Assembly (NCBI GenBank): GCA_965216785.1
Contig: OZ244197.1
Coordinates: 2,080,001-2,144,000, forward strand
Source of the DNA: Thermodesulfobacteriota bacterium
GTDB taxonomy: Bacteria; Desulfobacterota_D; UBA1144; Nemesobacterales; UBA2774
Direction of reading: 5' to 3'
Length of the DNA stretch: 64,000 nucleotides
Part shown: positions 48,278-57,657 of the stretch, piece by piece
Numbering within the stretch: position 1 is the first letter of the stretch
Layout: every line of letters begins with the position of its first letter
The notes under the pieces: model-generated
Databases searched by the model: none
What the model saw: only the letters and a program-made list of their open reading frames with translations
Told to the model about the DNA's origin: nothing
Position numbers and translations under genes: made by a program

Positions 48278-49336
48278 TCACCCTTCGTCTTCGGGGTCGA
48301 ATTCGGGGTCTGGCGTGTCGGGCATCAAGTGAGCGTACTGGGCTTGCATGTCCTGATTCATGAAGGTTACTATCTTTTTAACAGCCATTGTCATCGGAAC
48401 GCCGAGGATGGCTCCTACAGCGCCAAGTACCCATCCCCAGAAAAGCAGGGATAAGAAAACAAGGAGCACAGACATATTGAACTCCTGGCCCAGATAGCGG
48501 GGTTTTATGACGTTATCGATAATGGAATTTATGACCACATAACCTACTATGACCAAGACGCTGTGTATCCAGCCGAACTCAATTAGAGCGATCAGGGCCG
48601 GGGGCAAGAGGCTCAATATGAACCCTAAATTTGGTATGAAGCTGAAGAAGAAGGATAGGAACGCCCAGATGACGGCAAAATCAACGCCTAGTATTAAGAG
48701 CAGTATGAAATTGCACACTGCCGCCATAAGACCTGTGACCGCGTTTATGGATACGTATTTTTTAAGATCGTTAGATATGTAGCTGAACCTGTTTTGCCAC
48801 GAGTCCTCGTCAAATTCGCCCTTGTCCGCTTTGATCGTTAGGTTAGCGATCTCGATGAGTATGAATATCATAAGGATTAGGACAAAGAATACGTTTCCGA
48901 GTGTTGAGAACAGGTTCTCTATAAAGCCTGTACCGAATGTGATGATCTTATCGGGGCTGAACATGTCGAGCTGCTTTATATCTCCAATTTTGATCCCGTG
49001 CGCTGCCAGTGTTTCGAGCGAGGACTGGTAGAGCTCTGTAATACGGGTCTGGTATTCGGGGGCTTTGTCGGCCATGTTGTTGCCGGCCACTCCCAGAACT
49101 GCCGAGAGCCCCGCCGCGACTATGAGCACTACGAGTATGGTAGCGATAAGCGATATGGCCTTGGGCCAGCCTCTCTTGATCTGCCATATGAGAATGGGCG
49201 AGATACTTACGGCCAGAAGGAGCGCCACTAGGAAAATATTCAGAACGGAGGCGATCTCGCGCATGCCCGCTACAATAACTACTATCGACGCCGCGGCCAG
49301 CAGCGGGTGGATTTTGTGTTTGTGTTCGGTTCTCAT
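48278..49336 (-). CDS. AI-2E family transporter
   Basis: FIPNLG, DNVIKPR.LG, LLFWGWVLG..GAILGVP. Confidence 0.92.
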   Translation of the reverse strand: MRTEHKHKIHPLLAAASIVVIVAGMREIASVLNIFLVALLLAVSISPILIWQIKRGWPKAISLIATILVVLIVAAGLSAVLGVAGNNMADKAPEYQTRITELYQSSLETLAAHGIKIGDIKQLDMFSPDKIITFGTGFIENLFSTLGNVFFVLILMIFILIEIANLTIKADKGEFDEDSWQNRFSYISNDLKKYVSINAVTGLMAAVCNFILLLILGVDFAVIWAFLSFFFSFIPNLGFILSLLPPALIALIEFGWIHSVLVIVGYVVINSIIDNVIKPRYLGQEFNMSVLLVFLSLLFWGWVLGAVGAILGVPMTMAVKKIVTFMNQDMQAQYAHLMPDTPDPEFDPEDEG

Positions 49337-49532
49337 ACTAAGTTTCTTTAAGCTCCACTCTTAACGGCCTTATCGTAGCACAATATTAGAGGAAATTAAA
49401 CCTGCGGGGCCGTTTTCGCGCCCAGGTACTACTCAAGTAATTCTACATCCGGTTCTGTATCCGTGGGTCCTCTAATTGCCCAAAGTGCCGGGCTTTACGA
49501 ACCCTTAATGATATTTCGGGTATCATTCGGGT

Positions 49533-51137
49533 ATGGCTAATTCGACTGAGCCTTCGGGAAGAGTTGCTTTGGGCGCGGTAGAGATCGAGAAGAAATCAAA
49601 AAAAGTTACGGGCCGCTGGGTTCTTACCGCAACCATACTGGGGGCGAGCATGGCCTATATCGACGGCACCGCTATAAACGTCGCTCTCCCGGCCCTGCAG
49701 GAGCATTTAGGCGCTTCACTGGTGGACGTTCAGTGGGTAATCGAGGCTTACTCGCTGTTTCTTGCCTCGCTCATACTCGTGGGAGGGGCGCTCGGGGACC
49801 GCTACGGCAGAAAGCTCATATACGGGATCGGCATTGTGCTGTTCGCCTGCTCTTCCATACTGTGCGGCATAGCGGAGGACGTGGGTCAGCTGATACTGTT
49901 CCGGGCCGTACAGGGCGTGGGCGGAGCGCTTCTGATTCCTGGGAGCCTGGCGATTATCACGGTGTATTTCGATGAGTCGGAGCGGGGAAGGGCTATAGGC
50001 ACGTGGTCTGCTTTCTCCGCGATTACCACGGCGCTCGGACCGGTGCTCGGCGGATGGCTGATCGAGAACGTTTCCTGGAGATGGATATTCTTCATTAACA
50101 TCCCGATTGCCGTCATAGTGGTGACGATACTTTTCCTCAGAGTGCCCGAGAGCAGAGGGGAGACGGCCAACTGCAAGATAGATTACTTTGGCGCGGTGCT
50201 CGCGACGCTCGGGCTCGGCGGGCTGGTATACGGTTTTATAGAGTCCTCTAACCTTGGGTTCGGTAGCCCCTTTGTCTACGGCTCGATAGCACTGGGCGCG
50301 GCCGCTCTGGTTGCGTTCATAGTTGTCGAAGGTATTGTGGACGCGCCGATGATGCCGCTTAAGATTTACAGATCTAATACGTTCAGCGGCGCTAACTTAG
50401 TTACGCTTCTTGTATATTTTGCACTCGGAGGCGGGTTCTTTTTTATGCCCTTTGCCCTAATACAGGTTTTCGGTTACACAGCTACCCAAGCTGGCGCCGC
50501 GTTTTTGCCGATTATTGCCGCTCTGTTTTTTCTCTCTCGCTGGTCAGGGAACCTTACCGACCGTTACGGACCGAGAATTCCTATTATTGTGGGCTCTGTC
50601 ATAGGCGCCGCGGGCTATGTGCTGACAATACTCTACGGCAGGGAAGGGAACTATTTTCTGACATTTTTCCCCGGGATACTGGTGGTCGGTATCGGCCTGG
50701 GTGTGAGTGTTACCCCGCTTACTACGGCTGTAATGAACGCAGTTGGAGTGAGCCTCTCGGGAACTGCTTCCGGGGTGAACAATACTGTATCCAGAGTCGC
50801 GAGCCTGCTGGCGATCGCGGTGCTGGGTATCGTAATACTCCATACTTTCAACGCCCATCTGGACGCTTCGATGGACGCAGGCTCGGTGCCCGAAGCGGCG
50901 CGGAGCGCAATTGACAGCGAGCGCATAAATATGGCCGCCGCCCAGGTGCCTGTGATAGTGGGTGAGGAAATGAAGACGGCTCTTGAAGAAATGATAAAGC
51001 AGTCCTACATCAAAGGATTTCACATGGTGCTTTACGTAGCGGCTGCTCTATCGCTGCTGGGCGCTCTGCTGGCGTGGCTTACGATCGGGGGCAGGGAGCC
51101 CGACGCTCTGATTGAAGCTGAAAAGTGCGAGACGTAA
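49533..51137 (+). CDS. MFS drug:H+ antiporter (DHA2, 14 TM)
   Basis: IDGTAINVALP, GALGDRYGRK, WRWIFFINIP. Confidence 0.93.
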   Translation: MANSTEPSGRVALGAVEIEKKSKKVTGRWVLTATILGASMAYIDGTAINVALPALQEHLGASLVDVQWVIEAYSLFLASLILVGGALGDRYGRKLIYGIGIVLFACSSILCGIAEDVGQLILFRAVQGVGGALLIPGSLAIITVYFDESERGRAIGTWSAFSAITTALGPVLGGWLIENVSWRWIFFINIPIAVIVVTILFLRVPESRGETANCKIDYFGAVLATLGLGGLVYGFIESSNLGFGSPFVYGSIALGAAALVAFIVVEGIVDAPMMPLKIYRSNTFSGANLVTLLVYFALGGGFFFMPFALIQVFGYTATQAGAAFLPIIAALFFLSRWSGNLTDRYGPRIPIIVGSVIGAAGYVLTILYGREGNYFLTFFPGILVVGIGLGVSVTPLTTAVMNAVGVSLSGTASGVNNTVSRVASLLAIAVLGIVILHTFNAHLDASMDAGSVPEAARSAIDSERINMAAAQVPVIVGEEMKTALEEMIKQSYIKGFHMVLYVAAALSLLGALLAWLTIGGREPDALIEAEKCET

Positions 51138-51208
51138 CGCGCGGCTCTATCGCGCCGTGGTATTATAAATAAACCGGAGTGAGCCGGAATAAATTTCAGG
51201 GGGATAAT

Positions 51209-51589
51209 ATGACAGACGTGGATAATGACAAAGTAAAACAGGAAGTGCTGGAGAGAAGCGGTAAGTTCATCGCAAGCTTTAACGACGGGGATGTGGACGC
51301 GTGCATAGGGGCTTATAAGAGCGACGCCGTTATGAACGCCAAGCCCTTCGGGACTTTTACGGGTATAGAGGAGATTGACGCGTTTTGGAGGCCTTTTATG
51401 GCTACAGGCCCGGGGGAGCTTGAGTACAGTAACGTCGAGCTTGATGTTATTGACCAGAATACAGTACACCTGTCGGCTGACTGGAAAATGAATGTTGGCA
51501 GAGGGATTATCACCAAAGAAAGGTGGGTCAGGATGCCCGAGGGCTGGTTCCTTGAGCAGGACGACTTTGAGCTGCAGGAGCAGTTCTAG
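51209..51589 (+). CDS. NTF2/SnoaL-like protein
   Basis: FN.GD...C...Y..DA.M, G.EEI.AFW, W.MN. Confidence 0.75.
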   Translation: MTDVDNDKVKQEVLERSGKFIASFNDGDVDACIGAYKSDAVMNAKPFGTFTGIEEIDAFWRPFMATGPGELEYSNVELDVIDQNTVHLSADWKMNVGRGIITKERWVRMPEGWFLEQDDFELQEQF

Positions 51590-51618
51590 GCGTCTTCTGA
51601 GGTTGTAGCTTTATTCAT

Positions 51619-53127
51619 ATGACAAAGAGAGCGGAAAAACGCGGCTCGGGGCGGGTCATATACGCTGCGATGGCTATAATCGCTGTATTGTGCGTTGTCG
51701 CCGCGGTCCTGCTGTACAATGTTTCAAAGTTTAAACACGAAGCGGCAGAAATCCCCCCGGCTGGGGAGATGGAAATAGATAAAGCCGGAGCGGCCGAGCG
51801 GCTCGCGGGCGCCCTCCGCTTTCAGACCGTATCTCATCAGGACCCGGAAAGATTTGCGCCAGAGGAGTTTCTGGCGCTTCAAAATTATCTTGAGCGGAAC
51901 TTCCCGCAGACCCATAAAACTCTATCAAAGGAAACAGTCAGCGACTACAGTCTTGTGTATAAATGGCAGGGCAGTGACGAGTCTAAAAAGCCCATTATGC
52001 TGATGGGTCATCAGGACGTTGTACCCGTGATCGAGGGTACGGAAGAGGAGTGGACGTACCCTCCGTTTCAGGGGGTAGTGGCTGACGGTTACATTTGGGG
52101 CAGGGGGGCGCTTGATAACAAGTCCGGCGTGACGGGGATACTGGAGGCGGTCGAGATGCTCGCCGGCGAGGGTTTTGCGCCTGAACGGACAGTTTACATC
52201 ACCTTCGGTCACGATGAGGAAGTGAGCGGTAAGAACGGGGCGATTAAGATGGCGGAGCTCTTTGCGTCCAGAGGAGTGGAGTTTGAATATGTACTGGACG
52301 AGGGCGGGTTCATAACGATCGACATGATATCCGGGGTACAGGGGCCTGTGGCGCTCATAGGGATTGCAGAAAAGGGCTACCTGACGCTAGAGCTTACGGT
52401 GGAGTCCGAGGGAGGGCACTCCTCTATACCCCCGCCGAACACGGCGGCGGGAATACTGAGCAGGGCAGTGGTGAAGCTCGAAGAAAACCCCTTTCCCCCG
52501 AGGCTCGACGGCGCGGCGTATGAGATGTTTATGAACGTAGCCCCAGCCATGCCTTTTGTTAACCGCATGGCGCTTGCGAATCTCTGGCTTACTAAGCCCC
52601 TGGTGATGGGGGAGATTACGGATAACAAATACTCAAACGCTATGGTACGCACAACTACAGCCGCCACAATGTTAAAGGGAAGTGATAAAGAGAACGTACT
52701 GCCTATACTCGCTACAGCGGTGGTGAATTTCCGCATCCTGCCCGGTGATAGCGCGGAGGGGGTAATTAGAAAAGTGGAGAGGATCATTGACGATCCGCGA
52801 GTTAAAGTACGTACGCTCGGGAAAGTGAGCGAGCCTTCCAAGGTGTCGGATACGGACACGCCGTTTTACAGAGCGCTTAAGAAATCTATCCTTCAGGCTT
52901 CGCCCGAAAACCCGCCCATAGTCGCGCCCTATCTTCTGATGGCCGCGACTGATTCGAGGCACTATAAAGCGCTCGCCGGCAACACGTACCGGTTCCTCGG
53001 ATATACCCTGCCCCCTGAAGACATGAAGGGGTTTCACGGGACGGACGAGAGGCTTGCAACAGATGAGTACGTGCGTGCAATTAAGACCTATTACCTACTA
53101 CTTAAGAATTTAAACAAAGGCTCTTAG
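51619..53127 (+). CDS. M20 family peptidase (carboxypeptidase S / PM20D1-like)
   Basis: HQDVVP, WGRGALDNK, GHDEE, EKG, GGHSS.PP, ATDSRH, HGTDER. Confidence 0.93.
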   Translation: MTKRAEKRGSGRVIYAAMAIIAVLCVVAAVLLYNVSKFKHEAAEIPPAGEMEIDKAGAAERLAGALRFQTVSHQDPERFAPEEFLALQNYLERNFPQTHKTLSKETVSDYSLVYKWQGSDESKKPIMLMGHQDVVPVIEGTEEEWTYPPFQGVVADGYIWGRGALDNKSGVTGILEAVEMLAGEGFAPERTVYITFGHDEEVSGKNGAIKMAELFASRGVEFEYVLDEGGFITIDMISGVQGPVALIGIAEKGYLTLELTVESEGGHSSIPPPNTAAGILSRAVVKLEENPFPPRLDGAAYEMFMNVAPAMPFVNRMALANLWLTKPLVMGEITDNKYSNAMVRTTTAATMLKGSDKENVLPILATAVVNFRILPGDSAEGVIRKVERIIDDPRVKVRTLGKVSEPSKVSDTDTPFYRALKKSILQASPENPPIVAPYLLMAATDSRHYKALAGNTYRFLGYTLPPEDMKGFHGTDERLATDEYVRAIKTYYLLLKNLNKGS

Positions 53128-53216
53128 ACTAAGAGACTTTCAAGATTCTATAAAAGCATTGGCACCTGGCTCCTTTCTATAGTACTATGGGAAGTACTAC
53201 TCAGGAGGTGCATGAT

Positions 53217-53546
53217 ATGAGGTCTCTAATGTTCTCTGTAATTTTATTACTCGTCGTGGCCGGTTTTCTGGGTTCTGCGTGCGGTAAAGACGAGCCTGAA
53301 ACTCTGAAGCCGGGAATTTGCGGCACGATTGCGGAAATCACATGTCCTGAGGGGCAGTTCTGTGAATTCGAGCAAGGTAATTGCGGCGTAGCCGACCTTG
53401 AGGGCTTTTGTTTAGAGAAGCCAGGGAATTGCACCCAGGATTACGTACCTGTTTGCGGCTGTGACGGTAAGACGTACGGGAACGACTGCAATAGGCAGAT
53501 TGCAGGTGTGCAGAAAGACCACGACGGTGAGTGCGCGAAGAAGTAG
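53217..53546 (+). CDS. Kazal-type serine protease inhibitor lipoprotein
   Basis: Lipobox GSAC; CTQDYVPVCGCDGKTYGNDC. Confidence 0.88.
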   Translation: MRSLMFSVILLLVVAGFLGSACGKDEPETLKPGICGTIAEITCPEGQFCEFEQGNCGVADLEGFCLEKPGNCTQDYVPVCGCDGKTYGNDCNRQIAGVQKDHDGECAKK

Positions 53547-53731
53547 GATAAAATTGTGCTGGGTTATTGGGGATTGCCGCAGTCGCTGTGCTCCTTCGCA
53601 ATGACAGCTTTTGACTAATTTCTCTCAATCTCCCTTTGCAAAAGGGAGAAGTCCGGTGTTTGACGCTTCGTTTTACCCGGGGTGTTTTGATTAAATAGTG
53701 CCTGGATTGCCGGAAATTATATTTCCATCAA

Positions 53732-54022
53732 TTACTGATATTCCGGCGGTAGCTGCTCATTCGCGAGGCATTCCACCGGGCATTTCGATAGTGAAAGCAG
53801 ATCCACGATCTCGGTTTCCTGGCAGGTGATGGGGTCGCTTGTGAACGTTACCTTGTCGGCAACCTGTATGTCGGCGCAATCGGCGAGCTTCTTATAGGGT
53901 TTTTGGCCTATGAGAATGTAGGGGCCTTTAATAGCTGTAACTGTATATTCTGACTGGTCTTGGGCAAAGGAGCTTACGGATAGGGCTGAAATCAGAAAAA
54001 GCGCTGCTAGTAATGTTTTCAC
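53732..54022 (-). CDS. Small secreted hypothetical protein
   Basis: GGAGG RBS, signal peptide, four Cys. Confidence 0.7.
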   Translation of the reverse strand: MKTLLAALFLISALSVSSFAQDQSEYTVTAIKGPYILIGQKPYKKLADCADIQVADKVTFTSDPITCQETEIVDLLSLSKCPVECLANEQLPPEYQ

Positions 54023-54144
54023 GTGCGTATCCTCCGGTTACTGAGCTTTTAGGGATTATACTCAAATCTCCGTACAAGCTCAATCTAATATTACCAAGCG
54101 CTATTATGTGGTACTAATGATATTGAGCCTATGGAAGCGCAGTG

Positions 54145-54618
54145 CTAAGCCGAGTCTCTAAGCCCGCTTGCCTGTATGCGCTCTATAAAATTCCTGAACT
54201 CGTTCAGCTCTTTTTTGTTGTACTTGCAGAGAAAATTCTCTCTTACCACTTTTTCATAGACCTGCCACATCTGCCGGCGGAGCTTTTTGCCCTTCTCCGT
54301 AATGCAGGCGAACACTCCCCTGCCGTCCATGGGGCATTGCGAGCGGCTTACCAGGCCTTCCTTCTCCAGTCTCTGGACCAGTCTGGTTACGTTGTGTTTG
54401 TCGAGAATAACTTTCTTGCCGATATCGTTCAGTCTCAGGCTCCCGTCCTCCGCGCTTTCGAGCTCCCAGAGTATGTCGTACCAGCTAAGCTGGGGGAATC
54501 CGGCTTTCTTTAGCTCTTCTTCCACTCTATCCAGTAAGTGCTGCTGGGCTTTTACGAGCCCAATCCACGCCTGTGTCTCAGTCTCCGTCCATTTTGCCGT
54601 GCTGCTTTTCTTCTTCAT
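54145..54618 (-). CDS. MarR family transcriptional regulator
   Basis: LSWYDILWEL, LRLNDIG..V.L.K.NVTRLV.RLEKEGLV.R..CP.DGRG...ITEKG; start moved to the ATG after AGGAGG. Confidence 0.93.
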   Translation of the reverse strand: MKKKSSTAKWTETETQAWIGLVKAQQHLLDRVEEELKKAGFPQLSWYDILWELESAEDGSLRLNDIGKKVILDKHNVTRLVQRLEKEGLVSRSQCPMDGRGVFACITEKGKKLRRQMWQVYEKVVRENFLCKYNKKELNEFRNFIERIQASGLRDSA

Positions 54619-54653
54619 GTACGCCCTCCTTACCGCTAATATAATACATCTAG

Positions 54654-54717
54654 GTTGCAATTGCAACTAGTTTGTGCTATTCTCCTATATAGTTGCACTT
54701 GCAACTAGTATGGATTC
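54654..54717. promoter_or_regulatory. Tandem palindromic operators in the marR / rhodanese divergent region
   Basis: GTTGCAATTGCAAC 54654-54667; GTTGCACTTGCAAC 54692-54705; GGATTC 54712-54717. Confidence 0.85.
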
Positions 54718-54744
54718 AAAAATATTCTAAGGAGGTTTTCTCAC

Positions 54745-55077
54745 ATGAGAAGAATTACAAGAGACGAGCTGAGGGACAAGCTTGAGAGCGGGCACGCGTT
54801 TACATTGGTAGAGGCGCTGCCCGAGAAATACTGGCAGAGCACTCACCTGCCGGGCGCGCTGCAGATGGACTATACGGAGGTAAGGGAGAGGGCGCAAAGC
54901 GTGCTGCCGGACAAAAACGCTCCGGTTGTTGTGTACTGCGCGAGCAGGGAGTGCAAAAACTCATCCAAGGCCGCACGCGCGCTAGAGTCGCTCGGGTACA
55001 GCGATGTTTATGAGTATGAAGAAGGTAAAGAGCACTGGATGCAGGCTGGATTGCCGGTAGAGTCGGAGGAGGGATAA
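54745..55077 (+). CDS. Single-domain rhodanese protein
   Basis: HLPGA, VVVYCAS.EC.NS..AA..L..LGY..V..YEEG. Confidence 0.9.
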   Translation: MRRITRDELRDKLESGHAFTLVEALPEKYWQSTHLPGALQMDYTEVRERAQSVLPDKNAPVVVYCASRECKNSSKAARALESLGYSDVYEYEEGKEHWMQAGLPVESEEG

Positions 55078-55533
55078 ATGTTAGAGAAACTTTTAAGTAC
55101 TAATCCAAGTAATACGGCCGCGCTCGCGGCCCGGGTGTTCCTCGGGGTTGTGATACTGCCGCACGGGCTTCAGAAGCTCCTCGGCATGTTCGGAGGGTAC
55201 GGGTTTTCGGCTACGGTGGAATATTTTTCGGGCATGGGTATCCCTAGTCTGATAGGGGCGCTAATCGTGCTGGGTGAGTCGCTTGGCGCGCTCTTTTTGA
55301 TCCTTGGGTTTCTGAGCCGGCTATCGGCAGCGGGCATCGGGATAATTATGATCGGGGCTATAGTGACGGTTCACGGGCAGAACGGGTTTTTTATGAACTG
55401 GTTCGGCACTCAGGCGGGGGAGGGGTATGAGTATCACCTGCTCGCTCTCGGGCTCGCGGCCTCGCTCGTAATAAGCGGAGGAGGCAGGTTGTCCTTTGAC
55501 AATCTCATAGCTGATCGGCTTGGGAGACAGTGA
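55078..55533 (+). CDS. DoxX family membrane protein
   Basis: PHGLQKL.G.FGGYG, GFFMNW.G...GEGYEYHLL. Confidence 0.93.
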   Translation: MLEKLLSTNPSNTAALAARVFLGVVILPHGLQKLLGMFGGYGFSATVEYFSGMGIPSLIGALIVLGESLGALFLILGFLSRLSAAGIGIIMIGAIVTVHGQNGFFMNWFGTQAGEGYEYHLLALGLAASLVISGGGRLSFDNLIADRLGRQ

Positions 55534-55559
55534 GCGGGAAAAAGGGTTGTATATAGAAT

Positions 55560-55664
55560 GTCATAATATCTGACAGCGCGGATTTTCCGGCCGGCTATCG
55601 GGTTTGATATTATCTATTAATATCAATGTCTTATAGATGACTTGCCTGCTGGCACAGGTGTTGC
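55560..55664 (+). promoter_or_regulatory. Sigma54 promoter with upstream TGT-N11-ACA enhancer-like palindrome
   Basis: TGGCAC-AGGTG-TTGC 55650-55664; TGTCATAATATCTGACA 55560-55576. Confidence 0.75.
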
Positions 55665-55723
55665 AATATATTAAAATAGGGTATCGGTAGGATACTCAAA
55701 TACAGGGTACGGGGGTATTTGAT

Positions 55724-56002
55724 ATGTCAAAATTTGTTGCGGTACATCCAGTAGATCCTCCGGTTAGAATGGAGGATGTAGGTCCAGTGGCGAAGAAAGC
55801 AAAAGCGGGACTTAGCACAGACGCTTACTGGGTAAAGAGCTGGCTTATGTTGAACGACTCGGGAGAGGTCACGGCTATTTACTGTGAGTGGGACGGTAAG
55901 GACAAAGAAGCCGTCAAGAACGCTCTCGAAACCACCATTCCCGAGCTGCCGTTCTCTGAGCTCTCGCAGATGGCGGAGATTCAAAGTGAAGACTTCAGGT
56001 AG
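55724..56002 (+). CDS. DUF4242-like small protein
   Basis: F.A.H, YWVKSW, IYCEWDG.D.EAV pattern. Confidence 0.55.
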   Translation: MSKFVAVHPVDPPVRMEDVGPVAKKAKAGLSTDAYWVKSWLMLNDSGEVTAIYCEWDGKDKEAVKNALETTIPELPFSELSQMAEIQSEDFR

Positions 56003-56056
56003 TTAACTCTAAGGGCGGGCGGCGTAAGCGCCGCCCGCCCGGTTATATCGATCCAA

Positions 56057-57484
56057 TCATTTAAATATTACGATCGCGGTCAGCGCCAGAAGGTATATGC
56101 CGATCGCAGCCTCAAAGCCTACGAATATCCTTGACCAGCCGACGGGTTTATACTGCACGGGGGTGAGTCTGAAAAACTCCAGCCACTGCCTTGGCTTGAT
56201 TGCGCCGTAGCCGAAGGTGGCCAGCGAGAGCAGACTGAAATAAACGCAGTTTACAAGCCCAGCGCCACTGTCGAATCCAAGCGGCTCCGGGCTGGCCGCG
56301 GCGCCGCCTATCTCTTCCATAATATATGATTTTCTCTCTGCCTTGGGATTACCAGTCTCGGTAACGTAATAAGTCTTTTTAGTCTCATCGCCCTTACTTA
56401 CAAGATAGATTCCCGAGCGTCCGGGAAGTACTGTCTGGAGTGTGTAAATGAGCCCGAATACCAGGATTACGCCGGCGCAGAAAGGGATGAGCCTGAGAGG
56501 TCTTGAGCCGTAGCCGTAAGTCCAGCCAAGGAAAACTTCCCTTAGCATTTTAATCGGCTGGGGGGAGAGCTTTGTTTTAACCACGTTTTCCCTGTAGTGG
56601 AACTCGCTTATGACCTCTTCGTGAAAATGCAGTTTGTAGAGGTTCTTAAGGTCTCTGTAGCGGATGAGCGCGTCTTCGAGGCGGCCATCGAGCTCGTCAT
56701 TAATAATGTAGGGGTTTTGGGCAAGCTCGCTGCCCCATATTATCTGTGACATGTTGCGTGTGCCCTTAAAGTCTATGTCCCACATCTGCCGGGGCTCGAG
56801 CACGGCTCCTGACAGATCGGCGCCGACTAGATTCGCCCCGCTAAGGACCGCGCCGTAGAGCTCCGCGCCTGTGAGATCCGTATAACTGAGATCAGCATCG
56901 GTAAAATTGCCCCCTGTGAGCACCGCGCCCCGCAGATCGGCATGAGCGAGGTTAGCTCCTTTAAGCCTCGCGCCCGTAAAGAGGGCGCCTCTCATATCGG
57001 ACGAGCGCAGATCGGCCTCGTCAAGCACGGCGTCCGCGAGCACAGCGTTTGTGAGGATGGACTCTGTGAGATCGGCTTTCCACAAATTTGTCAGGCTGAG
57101 CATAGCGCCCTGTAGATTGGTATCGGACAAATTGGCCTCCTCAAGGTCCGTACCGTCGAAATTTGCCCATTTTAGGTTCGCGTGGCTAAGGTCCGCTTTG
57201 TTAAGGTCTACATTGCTAAGATCGATCGCTCTCAGATCAAAGCGGTCAGTTGTATTGTCCCAGTCCTCGGTTTCCACGAAGTATGGCATTGGGAGATTAT
57301 TCTGGAGCGCGTAGATAACCTCGTTTACTTCTTCAATGCTCCATCGCCGGGCAAGCTCGAAAGCCTCTTTTACGGATTGCTCTTCCCCGCTGGCTTCTTT
57401 ACTTTCTTCCTGAGCGTGGGAGTGCGGGGTGAATAAGACAAATAGTATGGTAATGAGCAGAGGGAGGAGTTTTGCCGGTCTCAT
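56057..57484 (-). CDS. Pentapeptide-repeat protein fused to a potassium-channel-like membrane domain
   Basis: Signal peptide, A(D/N)Lxx repeats, GYG.RP.R, YFS..SLATFGYG, EAAIG. Confidence 0.85.
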   Translation of the reverse strand: MRPAKLLPLLITILFVLFTPHSHAQEESKEASGEEQSVKEAFELARRWSIEEVNEVIYALQNNLPMPYFVETEDWDNTTDRFDLRAIDLSNVDLNKADLSHANLKWANFDGTDLEEANLSDTNLQGAMLSLTNLWKADLTESILTNAVLADAVLDEADLRSSDMRGALFTGARLKGANLAHADLRGAVLTGGNFTDADLSYTDLTGAELYGAVLSGANLVGADLSGAVLEPRQMWDIDFKGTRNMSQIIWGSELAQNPYIINDELDGRLEDALIRYRDLKNLYKLHFHEEVISEFHYRENVVKTKLSPQPIKMLREVFLGWTYGYGSRPLRLIPFCAGVILVFGLIYTLQTVLPGRSGIYLVSKGDETKKTYYVTETGNPKAERKSYIMEEIGGAAASPEPLGFDSGAGLVNCVYFSLLSLATFGYGAIKPRQWLEFFRLTPVQYKPVGWSRIFVGFEAAIGIYLLALTAIVIFK

Positions 57485-57657
57485 GATATTAGGAGATTAT
57501 TTAACTCGGGTGAGTAATGCAAGGCGCGGCGCGCGGGAGAGAGCGGCGGTTTCAACTGAGCCGCTATTGTATAATCGCTGATTACTACGTGAATCCGGAT
57601 AGTTCCACTCTGAAATGTGTGCTACACTTTAATATAAACATGGTTCAAGGCGGATAT

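Larger units (their letters stand above)
47594..48286. repeat. ~700-bp segmental duplication (probable donor copy)
   Basis: Matches 35746-36447. Confidence 0.92.

Noticed and set aside
53159-53175. Sigma54 promoter before the Kazal gene
   Set aside because: TGGCAC is present but there is no TTGC at -12
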